Shown here: positions 1 through 7,477 of the stretch, piece after piece
Layout: the number at the start of each line of letters is the position of its first letter
Position numbering within the stretch: position 1 is the first letter of the stretch
Assembly: GCA_045648845.1 (NCBI GenBank)
Contig: JAZROR010000038.1
Location: forward strand, 1-36,449
DNA length: 36,449 nt
Source: Clostridia bacterium
GTDB lineage: Bacteria > Bacillota > Clostridia > Monoglobales > Monoglobaceae
Direction: 5' to 3'
The notes under the pieces: model-generated
What the model saw: only the letters and a program-made list of their open reading frames with translations
Database searches by the model: none
What the model was told of the DNA's origin: nothing
Translations under genes and position numbers: made by a program

Positions 1-1076
1 GGAATTGCAAGGAAGATAGGTGCAAAAATGATTGCGATAAGGAACATAACAGCTGTTGTAACAGCAGTAAGACCTGTTCTTCCGCCTGCAGCAACGCCGG
101 CACTTGATTCAACATAGCTTGTAACAGTTGATGTACCAAGACAAGCACCAACAACAGTACCAACAGCATCAGCCATCAAAGCACCACCAGCTTTGGGAAG
201 TCTTCCTTCTTCATCAAGAAGGTCACCTTTTTCGGCAACACCAATAAGAGTACCAACCGTATCAAATATATCAGTATAAAGGAATGTGAACACAACAAGA
301 ATAAATCCTGCAAAGTTCTTTGCAATAAATCCAAAGTCAAACTGGAAAAGAGCCGGAGCTGCAAAGTTTGCTTTGATTGATTCCCAAGTGAGATTGGGGA
401 TTACAGAATAAACGCCATTTGCAGGGTCAGGAACATACCAGCCGATAAGTTCAGCAACGATACCGAGCACCCATGTAATGATGATACCGAGAAGAATTCC
501 GCCAGGAACCTTGAAGTGCTGAAGCACACCAATTGCCAAAAGACCAACAAGTGCCAGAACAACACCGGGTGATGCAAGGTTGCCCATTGCAACTGTTGTA
601 GCAGGGTCAGCAACAACAATTTTTGCATTTATAAGAGCAATAATTGTAATGAAGAGACCGATACCTGCTGTGATACCAAACTTGAGGTTTGCTGGAATTT
701 TGTTAACCAGAGCTTCACGGAACTTGAATATTGAGAGAAGCATAAATATAATACCCTCAATCAAGATAGCTGTGAGAGCAACCTGATATGAATAGCCCAT
801 AGCACCACAAACTGTGAATGCAAAGAATGCATTGAGTCCCATACCTGAAGCAAGAGCCACAGGATAGTTTGCAAAGAATGCCATACAAAGTGTTGCAATA
901 GCAGCAGAAATTGCTGTTGCCATAAAAACACCTGCAGGTGTTGCACCAGGGATGTTGCCAAGGTAACCAGGATTTACCGCAAGGATATAGGACATTGCAA
1001 GGAATGTAGTAATACCTGCGAGAATCTCAGTCTTGACATTTGTTCCATGTTCTTTTAATTTAAAAAGCTTTTCCAT
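1..1076 (-). CDS. NCS2/AzgA-family purine (adenine/guanine/hypoxanthine) permease; C-terminus lies beyond the left window edge
   Basis: Absent from the ORF track because it runs off the edge. Hand translation of the minus strand from ATG 1076..1074 (GAGGAG about 9 nt upstream) gives MEKLFKLKEHGTNVKTEILAGITTFLAMSYILAVNPGYLG...GMGLNAFFAFTV... The frame is open and multi-TM down to position 1, with a typical PbuG/AzgA-like N-terminus. Confidence 0.8.
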   Translation of the reverse strand, partial: MEKLFKLKEHGTNVKTEILAGITTFLAMSYILAVNPGYLGNIPGATPAGVFMATAISAAIATLCMAFFANYPVALASGMGLNAFFAFTVCGAMGYSYQVALTAILIEGIIFMLLSIFKFREALVNKIPANLKFGITAGIGLFITIIALINAKIVVADPATTVAMGNLASPGVVLALVGLLAIGVLQHFKVPGGILLGIIITWVLGIVAELIGWYVPDPANGVYSVIPNLTWESIKANFAAPALFQFDFGFIAKNFAGFILVVFTFLYTDIFDTVGTLIGVAEKGDLLDEEGRLPKAGGALMADAVGTVVGACLGTSTVTSYVESSAGVAAGGRTGLTAVTTAVMFLIAIIFAPIFLAI

Positions 1077-1113
1077 GAGATTTCACTCCTCATATAAATT
1101 TTTTTACAAAACT

Positions 1114-1142
1114 ATTTTATAACACTTTTCGACTTTTTTCAA
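1114..1142 (-). promoter_or_regulatory. Candidate sigma-A promoter of the purine permease gene
   Basis: Minus strand reads TTGAAA (1142..1137), a 17-nt spacer, then TAAAAT (1119..1114), about 35 nt upstream of the start codon. Confidence 0.35.
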
Positions 1143-1239
1143 GTAAAATAAAAAATTTGCAATATTTTGTATGGTCCTACAATAAAATATACCATTATTT
1201 GTATATTTCGCATATACTGACCACAATATACTGTATTTC

Positions 1240-1270
1240 AAAAAAAGATGCAGGCATTTCGCCTGCATCC
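1240..1270 (-). terminator. Rho-independent terminator of gdhA
   Basis: Stem GATGCAGGC/GCCTGCATC (1247-1255 / 1261-1269) with a 5-nt loop, followed on the minus strand by a T7 run (plus-strand A-run 1240-1246). It lies 18 nt after the gdhA stop. Confidence 0.8.
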
Positions 1271-1287
1271 GCTTTTAATTTTAAATC

Positions 1288-2631
1288 TTAATAAATTCCT
1301 TGTGCCATCATAGCCTTTGCAACCTTCATAAAGCCTGCAATATTAGCACCTGATACCAAGTCATAGCCAAGACCATATTCTTCAGCAGCTTCAACAGAAA
1401 CCTTGTGAATGTTTGTCATAATACCCTTGAGTTTTTCATCAACTTCTTCTTCTGACCAGCTGTATCTCATTGAGTTCTGTGCCATTTCCAAAGCAGATAC
1501 CGCAACTCCGCCGGCATTAACAGCCTTTGATGGACCGATGATGAGACTGTTTTCTTTGATAAATTCCATACCATCATCTGTTGTAGGCATATTTGCAACT
1601 TCAATATAATATTTTGTGCCATTTGCAACAATTTTCTTTGCTTCATCAAGATTTACTTCATTCTGAGTAGCACAAGGCATACAAATGTCAACCTTAACTT
1701 CCCAAGGCTTTTTGCCCGCAAAGAACTGACAACCAAATTTATCAGCATAATCCTGAGCTTTGTCACGGCCTGACGCTCTCATTTCAAGCAAATAATTGAT
1801 TTTTTCTTCTGTAACAACGCCGTCTGGGTCATAAACATAACCGTCAGGACCGGAAATTGTAACAACTTTGCCGCCGAGCTCTGCAACTTTTTTGCAAACG
1901 CCCCAAGCAACGTTTCCAAATCCTGAAACTGCAACTGTCTTTCCTTTAATATCATCATTACAATGTTTCAAAACTTCAGTTACATAATATGTAGCACCAA
2001 AACCTGTAGCTTCAGGTCTTATGAGAGATCCGCCATATTCAAGACCCTTGCCTGTGAGAACACCGTTTTCCCATACAGCCTTTATTCTCTTGTACTGACC
2101 ATAAAGGTAACCGATTTCTCTTCCGCCTACACCAATATCGCCAGCAGGAACGTCAACATCGGGGCCAATATGTCTGTAAAGCTCTGTCATAAACGCCTGA
2201 CAGAATCTCATAATTTCACCATCGCTCTTTCCTCTTGGGTCAAAATCACTACCGCCTTTACCGCCGCCGATAGGAAGACCTGTAAGGCTGTTTTTGAAAG
2301 TCTGTTCAAATCCAAGGAATTTGATAATTCCAAGGTATACAGACGGATGGAAACGGAGACCGCCCTTGTAAGGACCGATAGCACCATTGAACTGTACACG
2401 ATAACCTGTGTTCACCTGAGTCTGTCCATTGTCATCAACCCATGCAACTCTGAAAATAATCTGTCTTTCAGGTTCAACCATTCTTTCAAGAATAGCCGCC
2501 TTTTCATACTCCGGATGCTTTTCAACCACCGGAGCGATACTTGTAAGCACCTCTGTCACAGTCTGAATGAATTCAGGCTCTGACGCATGCTTTCTTTTTA
2601 CGTCTTCAATCACTCTTTCGATGTATGACAT
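1288..2631 (-). CDS. gdhA: NADP-specific glutamate dehydrogenase
   Basis: 447-aa ORF with hallmark Glu/Leu/Phe/Val dehydrogenase motifs (GGGKGGSDFDP catalytic-Lys region, GFGNVAWG Rossmann loop). The length is typical of hexameric GdhA. GGGGGG SD upstream. Confidence 0.95.
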   Translation of the reverse strand: MSYIERVIEDVKRKHASEPEFIQTVTEVLTSIAPVVEKHPEYEKAAILERMVEPERQIIFRVAWVDDNGQTQVNTGYRVQFNGAIGPYKGGLRFHPSVYLGIIKFLGFEQTFKNSLTGLPIGGGKGGSDFDPRGKSDGEIMRFCQAFMTELYRHIGPDVDVPAGDIGVGGREIGYLYGQYKRIKAVWENGVLTGKGLEYGGSLIRPEATGFGATYYVTEVLKHCNDDIKGKTVAVSGFGNVAWGVCKKVAELGGKVVTISGPDGYVYDPDGVVTEEKINYLLEMRASGRDKAQDYADKFGCQFFAGKKPWEVKVDICMPCATQNEVNLDEAKKIVANGTKYYIEVANMPTTDDGMEFIKENSLIIGPSKAVNAGGVAVSALEMAQNSMRYSWSEEEVDEKLKGIMTNIHKVSVEAAEEYGLGYDLVSGANIAGFMKVAKAMMAQGIY

Positions 2632-2664
2632 AAAATATACCCCCCTAAAATTTTTAACTTATTC

Positions 2665-2693
2665 ATTTTATCACTTTTCTGTGACCAATGCAA
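2665..2693 (-). promoter_or_regulatory. Candidate sigma-A promoter of gdhA
   Basis: Minus strand reads TTGCAT (2693..2688), a 17-nt spacer ending in TGa (extended -10), then TAAAAT (2670..2665). Confidence 0.45.
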
Positions 2694-2735
2694 TACTTTG
2701 ATGGAAATTTTGTAATATTTTTCTGCAATTAAAGA

Positions 2736-2761
2736 TTACAGCCACTTTAAAGTGGCTGTAA
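2736..2761 (-). terminator. Hairpin terminator after the agcS-like gene
   Basis: Near-perfect palindrome TTACAGCCACTT..AAGTGGCTGTAA lies 15 nt after the stop. The downstream T-run on the minus strand is weak (tctttaatt). Confidence 0.5.
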
Positions 2762-2775
2762 GTCATTGGTTAAAT

Positions 2776-4299
2776 TTAAAGTCCTTTTTTCTCTTCTTCC
2801 TGAATTTCCGGGAAAGCTGAAAGCATCGGCTCAACATCCTTGCCAAGAAGCTTTCTGTCTATGTAGTTTTTGGTAATTTTGCAAACCAATCCTGACAAAA
2901 CAATAACACCAATAAGGTTCGGTATCATCATAAGACCGTTGAATGTATCAGAAATATCCCATGCAAGTGATGATGTGAGAAGCGCACCACACATAATCAT
3001 AACAAGATGAATAACCTTGTACACCTTTATAGTTTTTGTTCCGAACAAATATTCCCACGCTTTTGAACCATAATGATCCCATCCAAGGACAGTAGTGAAC
3101 GCAAACAAAAAGATTGCTATAGCTATAAACTTGCCGCCAATATTCCAGTAACCAAAAACAGTATTAAAGGCATCTGCCACCATTGTAGCGTCATTAGTAT
3201 AATATCCCATTGGTGCTGTTAAATCAAAAACACCCGATGTTAGAACTACAAGTGCAGTGAGTGTGCAAACAACCATTGTGTCCGCAAACACCTCAAAAAT
3301 ACCCCACATACCCTGCTGAACAGGTTCTTTTACACTTGAATTTGAGTGAACCATAACAGAAGAACCAAGGCCGGCCTCGTTTGAAAATACACCACGCTTA
3401 AAGCCCTGAACCATAACTGTTTTTATAATCGAACCAGTAACACCACCAGCAACCGCAATAGGACTAAATGCTGTAACAAAAATTGTTTTGAAAGCAGGAA
3501 TAATCTGACCATAATTCTTTACTACTATCACGAGGCTTCCAAGCACAAAAAGCACAACCATAAACGGAACGATTTTTTCAGCAAAGGCAGCTATTCTCTT
3601 AAGTCCGCCAAGAACGATAAGTGCTGCGATAACAACAAGTACGATTCCCAAAATAACAGAATAAAGAGTTACCCCATCATAAAGCTGAACATTCGCAAGT
3701 GCAGAAATTGGAAACGCAGATTCAATATTTACAACAATTTTGTTAATCTGACCCATGGCACCAATTCCAAATGATGCAAGCAAGGTAAATATTGAAAAGA
3801 GTACTGCCAAAACTTTTCCTATCCATTTGCATCCTTTCTTTGAACCAAGTCCATCCTGCAGATAATACATTGCACCGCCTGACCATTCACCATCTCTGTT
3901 TTTACGACGATAATATATACCAAGCACGTTTTCTGAATAATTAGTCATCATTCCAAAGAATGCAGCAACCCACATCCAGAAAACCGCACCAGGACCACCA
4001 ATGCAGATAGCAGCGGCAACGCCCGCTATATTACCTACACCAATAGTTGCCGCAAGAGCTGTACAAAGTGCCTGAAAAGGCGAAATTGATTTATCCTTAG
4101 TGTGACCGATTACCTCTTTCTTAAAAAGACTGCCAATAGTTGCCTTCCACCAGTGTCCTATATGAGTCACCTGGAAGAATTTTGTAAGTACTGTTGTTAA
4201 AACACCTGTAAAGAGCAACAGTACAAGTCCGAGCGTAGTCCATACAAAAGTGTTAATATCACCATTGTATTTTTCTAACACAGCTAAAAATTGATTCAT
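2776..4299 (-). CDS. agcS: Alanine/glycine:cation (sodium) symporter, AGCS family
   Basis: Multi-TM protein carrying the AGCS signature GGPGAVFWMW. I place the start at MNQFLAVLEKY (ATG 4299..4297, AGGAGG SD upstream). The 54 extra residues in the 561-aa track ORF translate the riboswitch leader. Confidence 0.9.
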   Translation of the reverse strand: MNQFLAVLEKYNGDINTFVWTTLGLVLLLFTGVLTTVLTKFFQVTHIGHWWKATIGSLFKKEVIGHTKDKSISPFQALCTALAATIGVGNIAGVAAAICIGGPGAVFWMWVAAFFGMMTNYSENVLGIYYRRKNRDGEWSGGAMYYLQDGLGSKKGCKWIGKVLAVLFSIFTLLASFGIGAMGQINKIVVNIESAFPISALANVQLYDGVTLYSVILGIVLVVIAALIVLGGLKRIAAFAEKIVPFMVVLFVLGSLVIVVKNYGQIIPAFKTIFVTAFSPIAVAGGVTGSIIKTVMVQGFKRGVFSNEAGLGSSVMVHSNSSVKEPVQQGMWGIFEVFADTMVVCTLTALVVLTSGVFDLTAPMGYYTNDATMVADAFNTVFGYWNIGGKFIAIAIFLFAFTTVLGWDHYGSKAWEYLFGTKTIKVYKVIHLVMIMCGALLTSSLAWDISDTFNGLMMIPNLIGVIVLSGLVCKITKNYIDRKLLGKDVEPMLSAFPEIQEEEKKGL

Positions 4300-4311
4300 G
4301 GTTAAAAACCC

Positions 4312-4482
4312 TCCTAAAAATAAATAAAAATAGCCGTCTGAGTAACACTCAGCGGCTCCGGAAATGACATACAGACCTATGTAATATAAAGATTTGTCTG
4401 CTCCGTCCTTTTGCCTGAGAGATTCAGTCGATAAAACCGACCTTGCACCTTCGGCACTCAAAAAGAGATTCTCCGGAGTCCC
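4312..4482 (-). promoter_or_regulatory. Glycine riboswitch (single aptamer) with terminator-type expression platform
   Basis: Minus strand reads CUCCGGAGAAUCUCUUUUUGAGUGCCGAAGGUGCAAGGUCGGUUUUAUCGACUGAAUCUCUCAGGCAAAAGGACGGAG (about 4398-4478). This matches the conserved glycine-aptamer core (GGAGA..GCCGAAGG.GCAA..CUCUCAGGCAAAAGGAC, with P1 CUCCG/CGGAG). Downstream hairpin AGCCGcUGAGU/ACUCAgaCGGCU (4332-4357) is followed by a U-rich tract directly before the SD. Confidence 0.85.
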
Positions 4483-4531
4483 CTCTGCTTTCAGTTTGAA
4501 AATTCTGAAAGTTTCACTGGGTTACCAATAC

Positions 4532-4559
4532 ATTATACACCTATTTCATCTTTTGTCAA
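4532..4559 (-). promoter_or_regulatory. Sigma-A promoter driving the glycine riboswitch-agcS transcript
   Basis: Minus strand reads consensus TTGACA (4559..4554), a 16-nt spacer, then consensus TATAAT (4537..4532). Confidence 0.6.
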
Positions 4560-4651
4560 TACTTTTTTAAAAATTTGTCGTTTTCCGTCTCATATTACTC
4601 TTTAACACTTTTAATACCGCTCAAATATAATATAAAACGGAGGTGAATTGT

Positions 4652-5929
4652 ATGAATATACATATAGTAAAAAGCGGTGAAACTGCCGCTTCAATCGCAC
4701 AGCAATACGGCGTCCCTGAATTTGTTGTTGTTGCCCTTAACAATCTTGAGGAAATACCCGCTTTAGTTGAGGGTCAGGCACTTCTTATTCTGGAGCCAAC
4801 ACAAACCCACACAGTAAGTGCAAACGAAACGGTGTATTCAATAGCACAAGAATACGGGATCAGTACCAACGCCTTATTTCGCAACAATCCTATTTTAAAT
4901 GGCAGGGCAGTGATTTATCCAGGACAGACACTCGTAATTTCTTTTGAAAGAGCCGTAAGCCGTGAAATAGATGTAAACGGTTATGCTTACCCCTATGTGA
5001 ATATGTCCGTTCTTGAAGGCATACTCCCTTACTCCACCTATCTCACACCCTTTACCTACGGAATAACCGAGCAGGGTGGGCTTGTTTACCTTGATGACGA
5101 AGAGCTGATTGAGAAAGCGTACAGCTATGGCGTTCTTCCTCTTATGCATCTCTCCACCCTAACCGAAAGCGGCGGTTTCAGCAATGAGCTTGCAAGTATG
5201 GTTCTTAACAACCCCGAAATTCAAAACCGTTTGATTGAAGAAGTTGCATATAATATGCAAGCTAAAGATTATCGTGGACTTGACATAGATTTTGAATTTG
5301 TTTATCCCGAGGATAGTCTCTTGTATGGTGAATTTATAGGAAAACTGAGAAGCCGTCTTAATCCTTTGGGCTTTGAAGTCATCGCCGCCCTTGCCCCCAA
5401 AACCTCTGATAATCAACGTGGACTCCTTTATGAGGGACACAACTATCAGGCAGTAGGCGATAACGCCGATGCCGTACTTCTTATGACATATGAATGGGGA
5501 TATACCTATGGTCCTCCTCTCGCCGTTGCGCCCATACGAAATGTACGTCAGGTAGTGGAATACGCCCTCACACGTATACCTGCAGAAAAAATTTTCTTAG
5601 GCATACCAAACTATGGCTATGACTGGACCCTGCCATACGTAAAGGGCGAAAGCCGTGCAAGGCTTATATCAAATGTTGAAGCAATCAAAATCGCCGCAAG
5701 AAACGGTGTCAGCATACAATTTGACGAAGTATCTCAATCGCCATGGTTCAGATATGCGGACGATAGTGGCAAAGAGCACGAAGTCTGGTTTGAAGATGTA
5801 CGCAGCATTATGCAAAAATTTAATCTTGTAAACGAAAAGGGATTGCGCGGAGTGGGTTATTGGAATTATATGCGAGCATTTCAACAAAATTTTTCTCTTC
5901 TGAATTATATGTTCAATGTAAGACAATAA
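4652..5929 (+). CDS. yaaH: Spore cortex-lytic / peptidoglycan hydrolase, YaaH (SleL)-like: two LysM repeats plus a glycoside hydrolase family 18 domain
   Basis: Two N-terminal LysM-like repeats (IVKSGETAASIAQQYGV..., TVSANETVYSIAQEYGIS...) are followed by a GH18-type (chitinase-like) domain (GLDIDFEF). Length and architecture match B. subtilis YaaH. Start taken as ATG 4652 (GGAGGTG SD); the track uses GTG 4643. Confidence 0.8.
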   Translation: MNIHIVKSGETAASIAQQYGVPEFVVVALNNLEEIPALVEGQALLILEPTQTHTVSANETVYSIAQEYGISTNALFRNNPILNGRAVIYPGQTLVISFERAVSREIDVNGYAYPYVNMSVLEGILPYSTYLTPFTYGITEQGGLVYLDDEELIEKAYSYGVLPLMHLSTLTESGGFSNELASMVLNNPEIQNRLIEEVAYNMQAKDYRGLDIDFEFVYPEDSLLYGEFIGKLRSRLNPLGFEVIAALAPKTSDNQRGLLYEGHNYQAVGDNADAVLLMTYEWGYTYGPPLAVAPIRNVRQVVEYALTRIPAEKIFLGIPNYGYDWTLPYVKGESRARLISNVEAIKIAARNGVSIQFDEVSQSPWFRYADDSGKEHEVWFEDVRSIMQKFNLVNEKGLRGVGYWNYMRAFQQNFSLLNYMFNVRQ

Positions 5930-5954
5930 CAGATAAATAAACACTGTTCTCACT

Positions 5955-5991
5955 AAAAAACAATCTGTTTCAAAAGGCAGATTGTTTTTTT
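5955..5991 (+). terminator. Rho-independent terminator of yaaH-like gene
   Basis: Stem AAAAAACAATCTG/CAGATTGTTTTTT with a 10-nt loop, ending in a T-run. Confidence 0.75.
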
Positions 5992-6000
5992 ATTTTTTAT

Positions 6001-6029
6001 TTGCTTTTTCTTTCCATTTATAGTATAAT
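6001..6029 (+). promoter_or_regulatory. Candidate sigma-A promoter of the NSS transporter gene
   Basis: TTGCTT (6001-6006), a 17-nt spacer, then TATAAT (6024-6029). The leader is only about 30 nt, so there is no room for a riboswitch. Confidence 0.5.
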
Positions 6030-6062
6030 GTTTACATTATCAACATATAGGGGGTTCTATTT

Positions 6063-7421
6063 ATGACAAATGAAAAACGAAGCAGCTTCACAGGAAAACT
6101 CGGATTTGTCCTTGCTGCAGCAGGCTCTGCTGTCGGTCTTGGTAACATCTGGAGATTTCCTTATCTTGCTGCAAAATACGGCGGCGGAATTTTTCTGCTT
6201 GTTTATATTATTCTTGCTGTTACTTTGGGTTTTGCCCTTATGACTGCCGAGATTGCTATTGGAAGAAAAACTGGGCTCAGTGCCATCGAAGCGTTTAAAA
6301 AACTCAACAAAAAGTTTGCTTTTGTGGGTTGGCTTGCGGCTCTTGTTCCTGTTATTATTTTGCCTTACTACTCCGTTATCGGCGGATGGGTAATGAAATA
6401 TTTATTTGCCTTCACCACTGGAGGCGGTCATTTGGCTGCAAACGATGATTATTTCGGTGGCTTTATAACACAAGCGGGCGAACCTTTGATATGGTTCCTT
6501 TTGTTCCTTGGTGTTACTTCGCTAATCGTTCTTTGCGGTGTTGAAAAAGGCATTGAAAAGGTAAGCCGCTTTATGATGCCGGTGCTTGTTATCCTTTCTG
6601 TTATCATTGCCATCTATTCTGTATGTATGCCAGGGGCTCTTGATGGTGTGCTTTATTACATACTTCCTGATTTTAGTAAGTTCTCTGCCACAACAGTCCT
6701 CGCAGCTATGGGACAGCTTTTCTATTCAATGTCCCTTGCTATGGGAATTATGATTACATATGGCTCATATATGAAAAAGGATGTAAATCTTGAATCCGCA
6801 GTTGGAAATATTGAGCTCTTCGATACAGGAATCGCTTTTCTTGCGGGACTTATGATTATTCCTGCCGTTTTTGTTTTCTCCGGTGGAACTCCCGAAGCTC
6901 TCGGCAAAGGTCCAAGCCTTATGTTCGTAACTCTTCCAAAAGTTTTTGAGACTATGTGGGGCGGACAGATAGTAGGCTTTACATTCTTCCTTTTGGTTCT
7001 TTTTGCAGCTCTTACATCATCAATTTCCCTTATGGAAACCGTCGTTTCAATCGTATGTGATAAATGCAAAATAAGCCGCGGTTTGTCTTGTCTTATTGTT
7101 TTTGTAGTTTCTCTTGGTCTTGGCTTCTTGTCAATTTTCGGTTACAGCATTTGGAGCAGTGTCACAATCATCGGGCTGCAGTTCCTTGATTTCTTTGATT
7201 TCATCAGTAACAGTGTTCTTATGCCGATTGTTGCTTTTCTCACCTGTATCTTTGTTGGCTTTGTTCTTAAACCTCAAGCCCTCATTGATGAAGTGGAACT
7301 TTCTTCAAAATTCAAGAGAAAGGCTATGTTCACTTTCGTAATCAAATATCTCGCACCTATCTGTATTGTTCTTATCCTTATTTCATCAGTGCTTGATGCC
7401 TTTGGAATTTTCAAAATTTAA
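6063..7421 (+). CDS. Sodium-dependent transporter, neurotransmitter:sodium symporter (NSS/SNF) family; amino-acid substrate unknown
   Basis: 452-aa multi-TM protein with the NSS signature GSAVGLGNIWRFPYL near the N-terminus. Confidence 0.9.
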   Translation: MTNEKRSSFTGKLGFVLAAAGSAVGLGNIWRFPYLAAKYGGGIFLLVYIILAVTLGFALMTAEIAIGRKTGLSAIEAFKKLNKKFAFVGWLAALVPVIILPYYSVIGGWVMKYLFAFTTGGGHLAANDDYFGGFITQAGEPLIWFLLFLGVTSLIVLCGVEKGIEKVSRFMMPVLVILSVIIAIYSVCMPGALDGVLYYILPDFSKFSATTVLAAMGQLFYSMSLAMGIMITYGSYMKKDVNLESAVGNIELFDTGIAFLAGLMIIPAVFVFSGGTPEALGKGPSLMFVTLPKVFETMWGGQIVGFTFFLLVLFAALTSSISLMETVVSIVCDKCKISRGLSCLIVFVVSLGLGFLSIFGYSIWSSVTIIGLQFLDFFDFISNSVLMPIVAFLTCIFVGFVLKPQALIDEVELSSKFKRKAMFTFVIKYLAPICIVLILISSVLDAFGIFKI

Positions 7422-7434
7422 TAGGATATGCATT

Positions 7435-7470
7435 AAAAAAGCCTTGCAGCAAATTGCTGCAAGGCTTTTT
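7435..7470. terminator. Bidirectional rho-independent terminator (NSS gene / nfnB convergent)
   Basis: 11-bp stem GCCTTGCAGCA/TGCTGCAAGGC (7441-7465) flanked by A6 on the left and T5 on the right. Confidence 0.85.
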
Positions 7471-7477
7471 GTTTTGT

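Noticed and set aside
1077-1246. Expected a guanine/adenine riboswitch or a T-box-like leader upstream of the purine permease.
   Set aside because: Read on the minus strand, the gap has none of the purine-aptamer core elements (no UAUAAU..GGAUAUGG..UUUCUACC..CCGUAAAU..GACUA pattern). The promoter-to-ATG distance is too short.
1963-2583. Long antisense ORFs in the track: 1963-2583 (206 aa, opposite gdhA), 14209-14820 (203 aa, opposite the fruK-like gene), 20496-20951 (opposite ogg), 34897-35316 (139 aa, opposite the whole ACT gene) and 35666-36136 (opposite paaK).
   Set aside because: Each lies entirely inside a gene with strong family motifs on the other strand. Their translations are low-complexity (Ser/Phe/Leu-rich), have no SD and no recognisable motifs. 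They are shadow ORFs produced by codon bias.
4300-4461. A 54-residue N-terminal extension of the AgcS ORF (561-aa version in the track).
   Set aside because: The extension translates the glycine riboswitch and its terminator. A strong AGGAGG SD precedes the internal ATG at 4299, and the family-typical N-terminus starts there.
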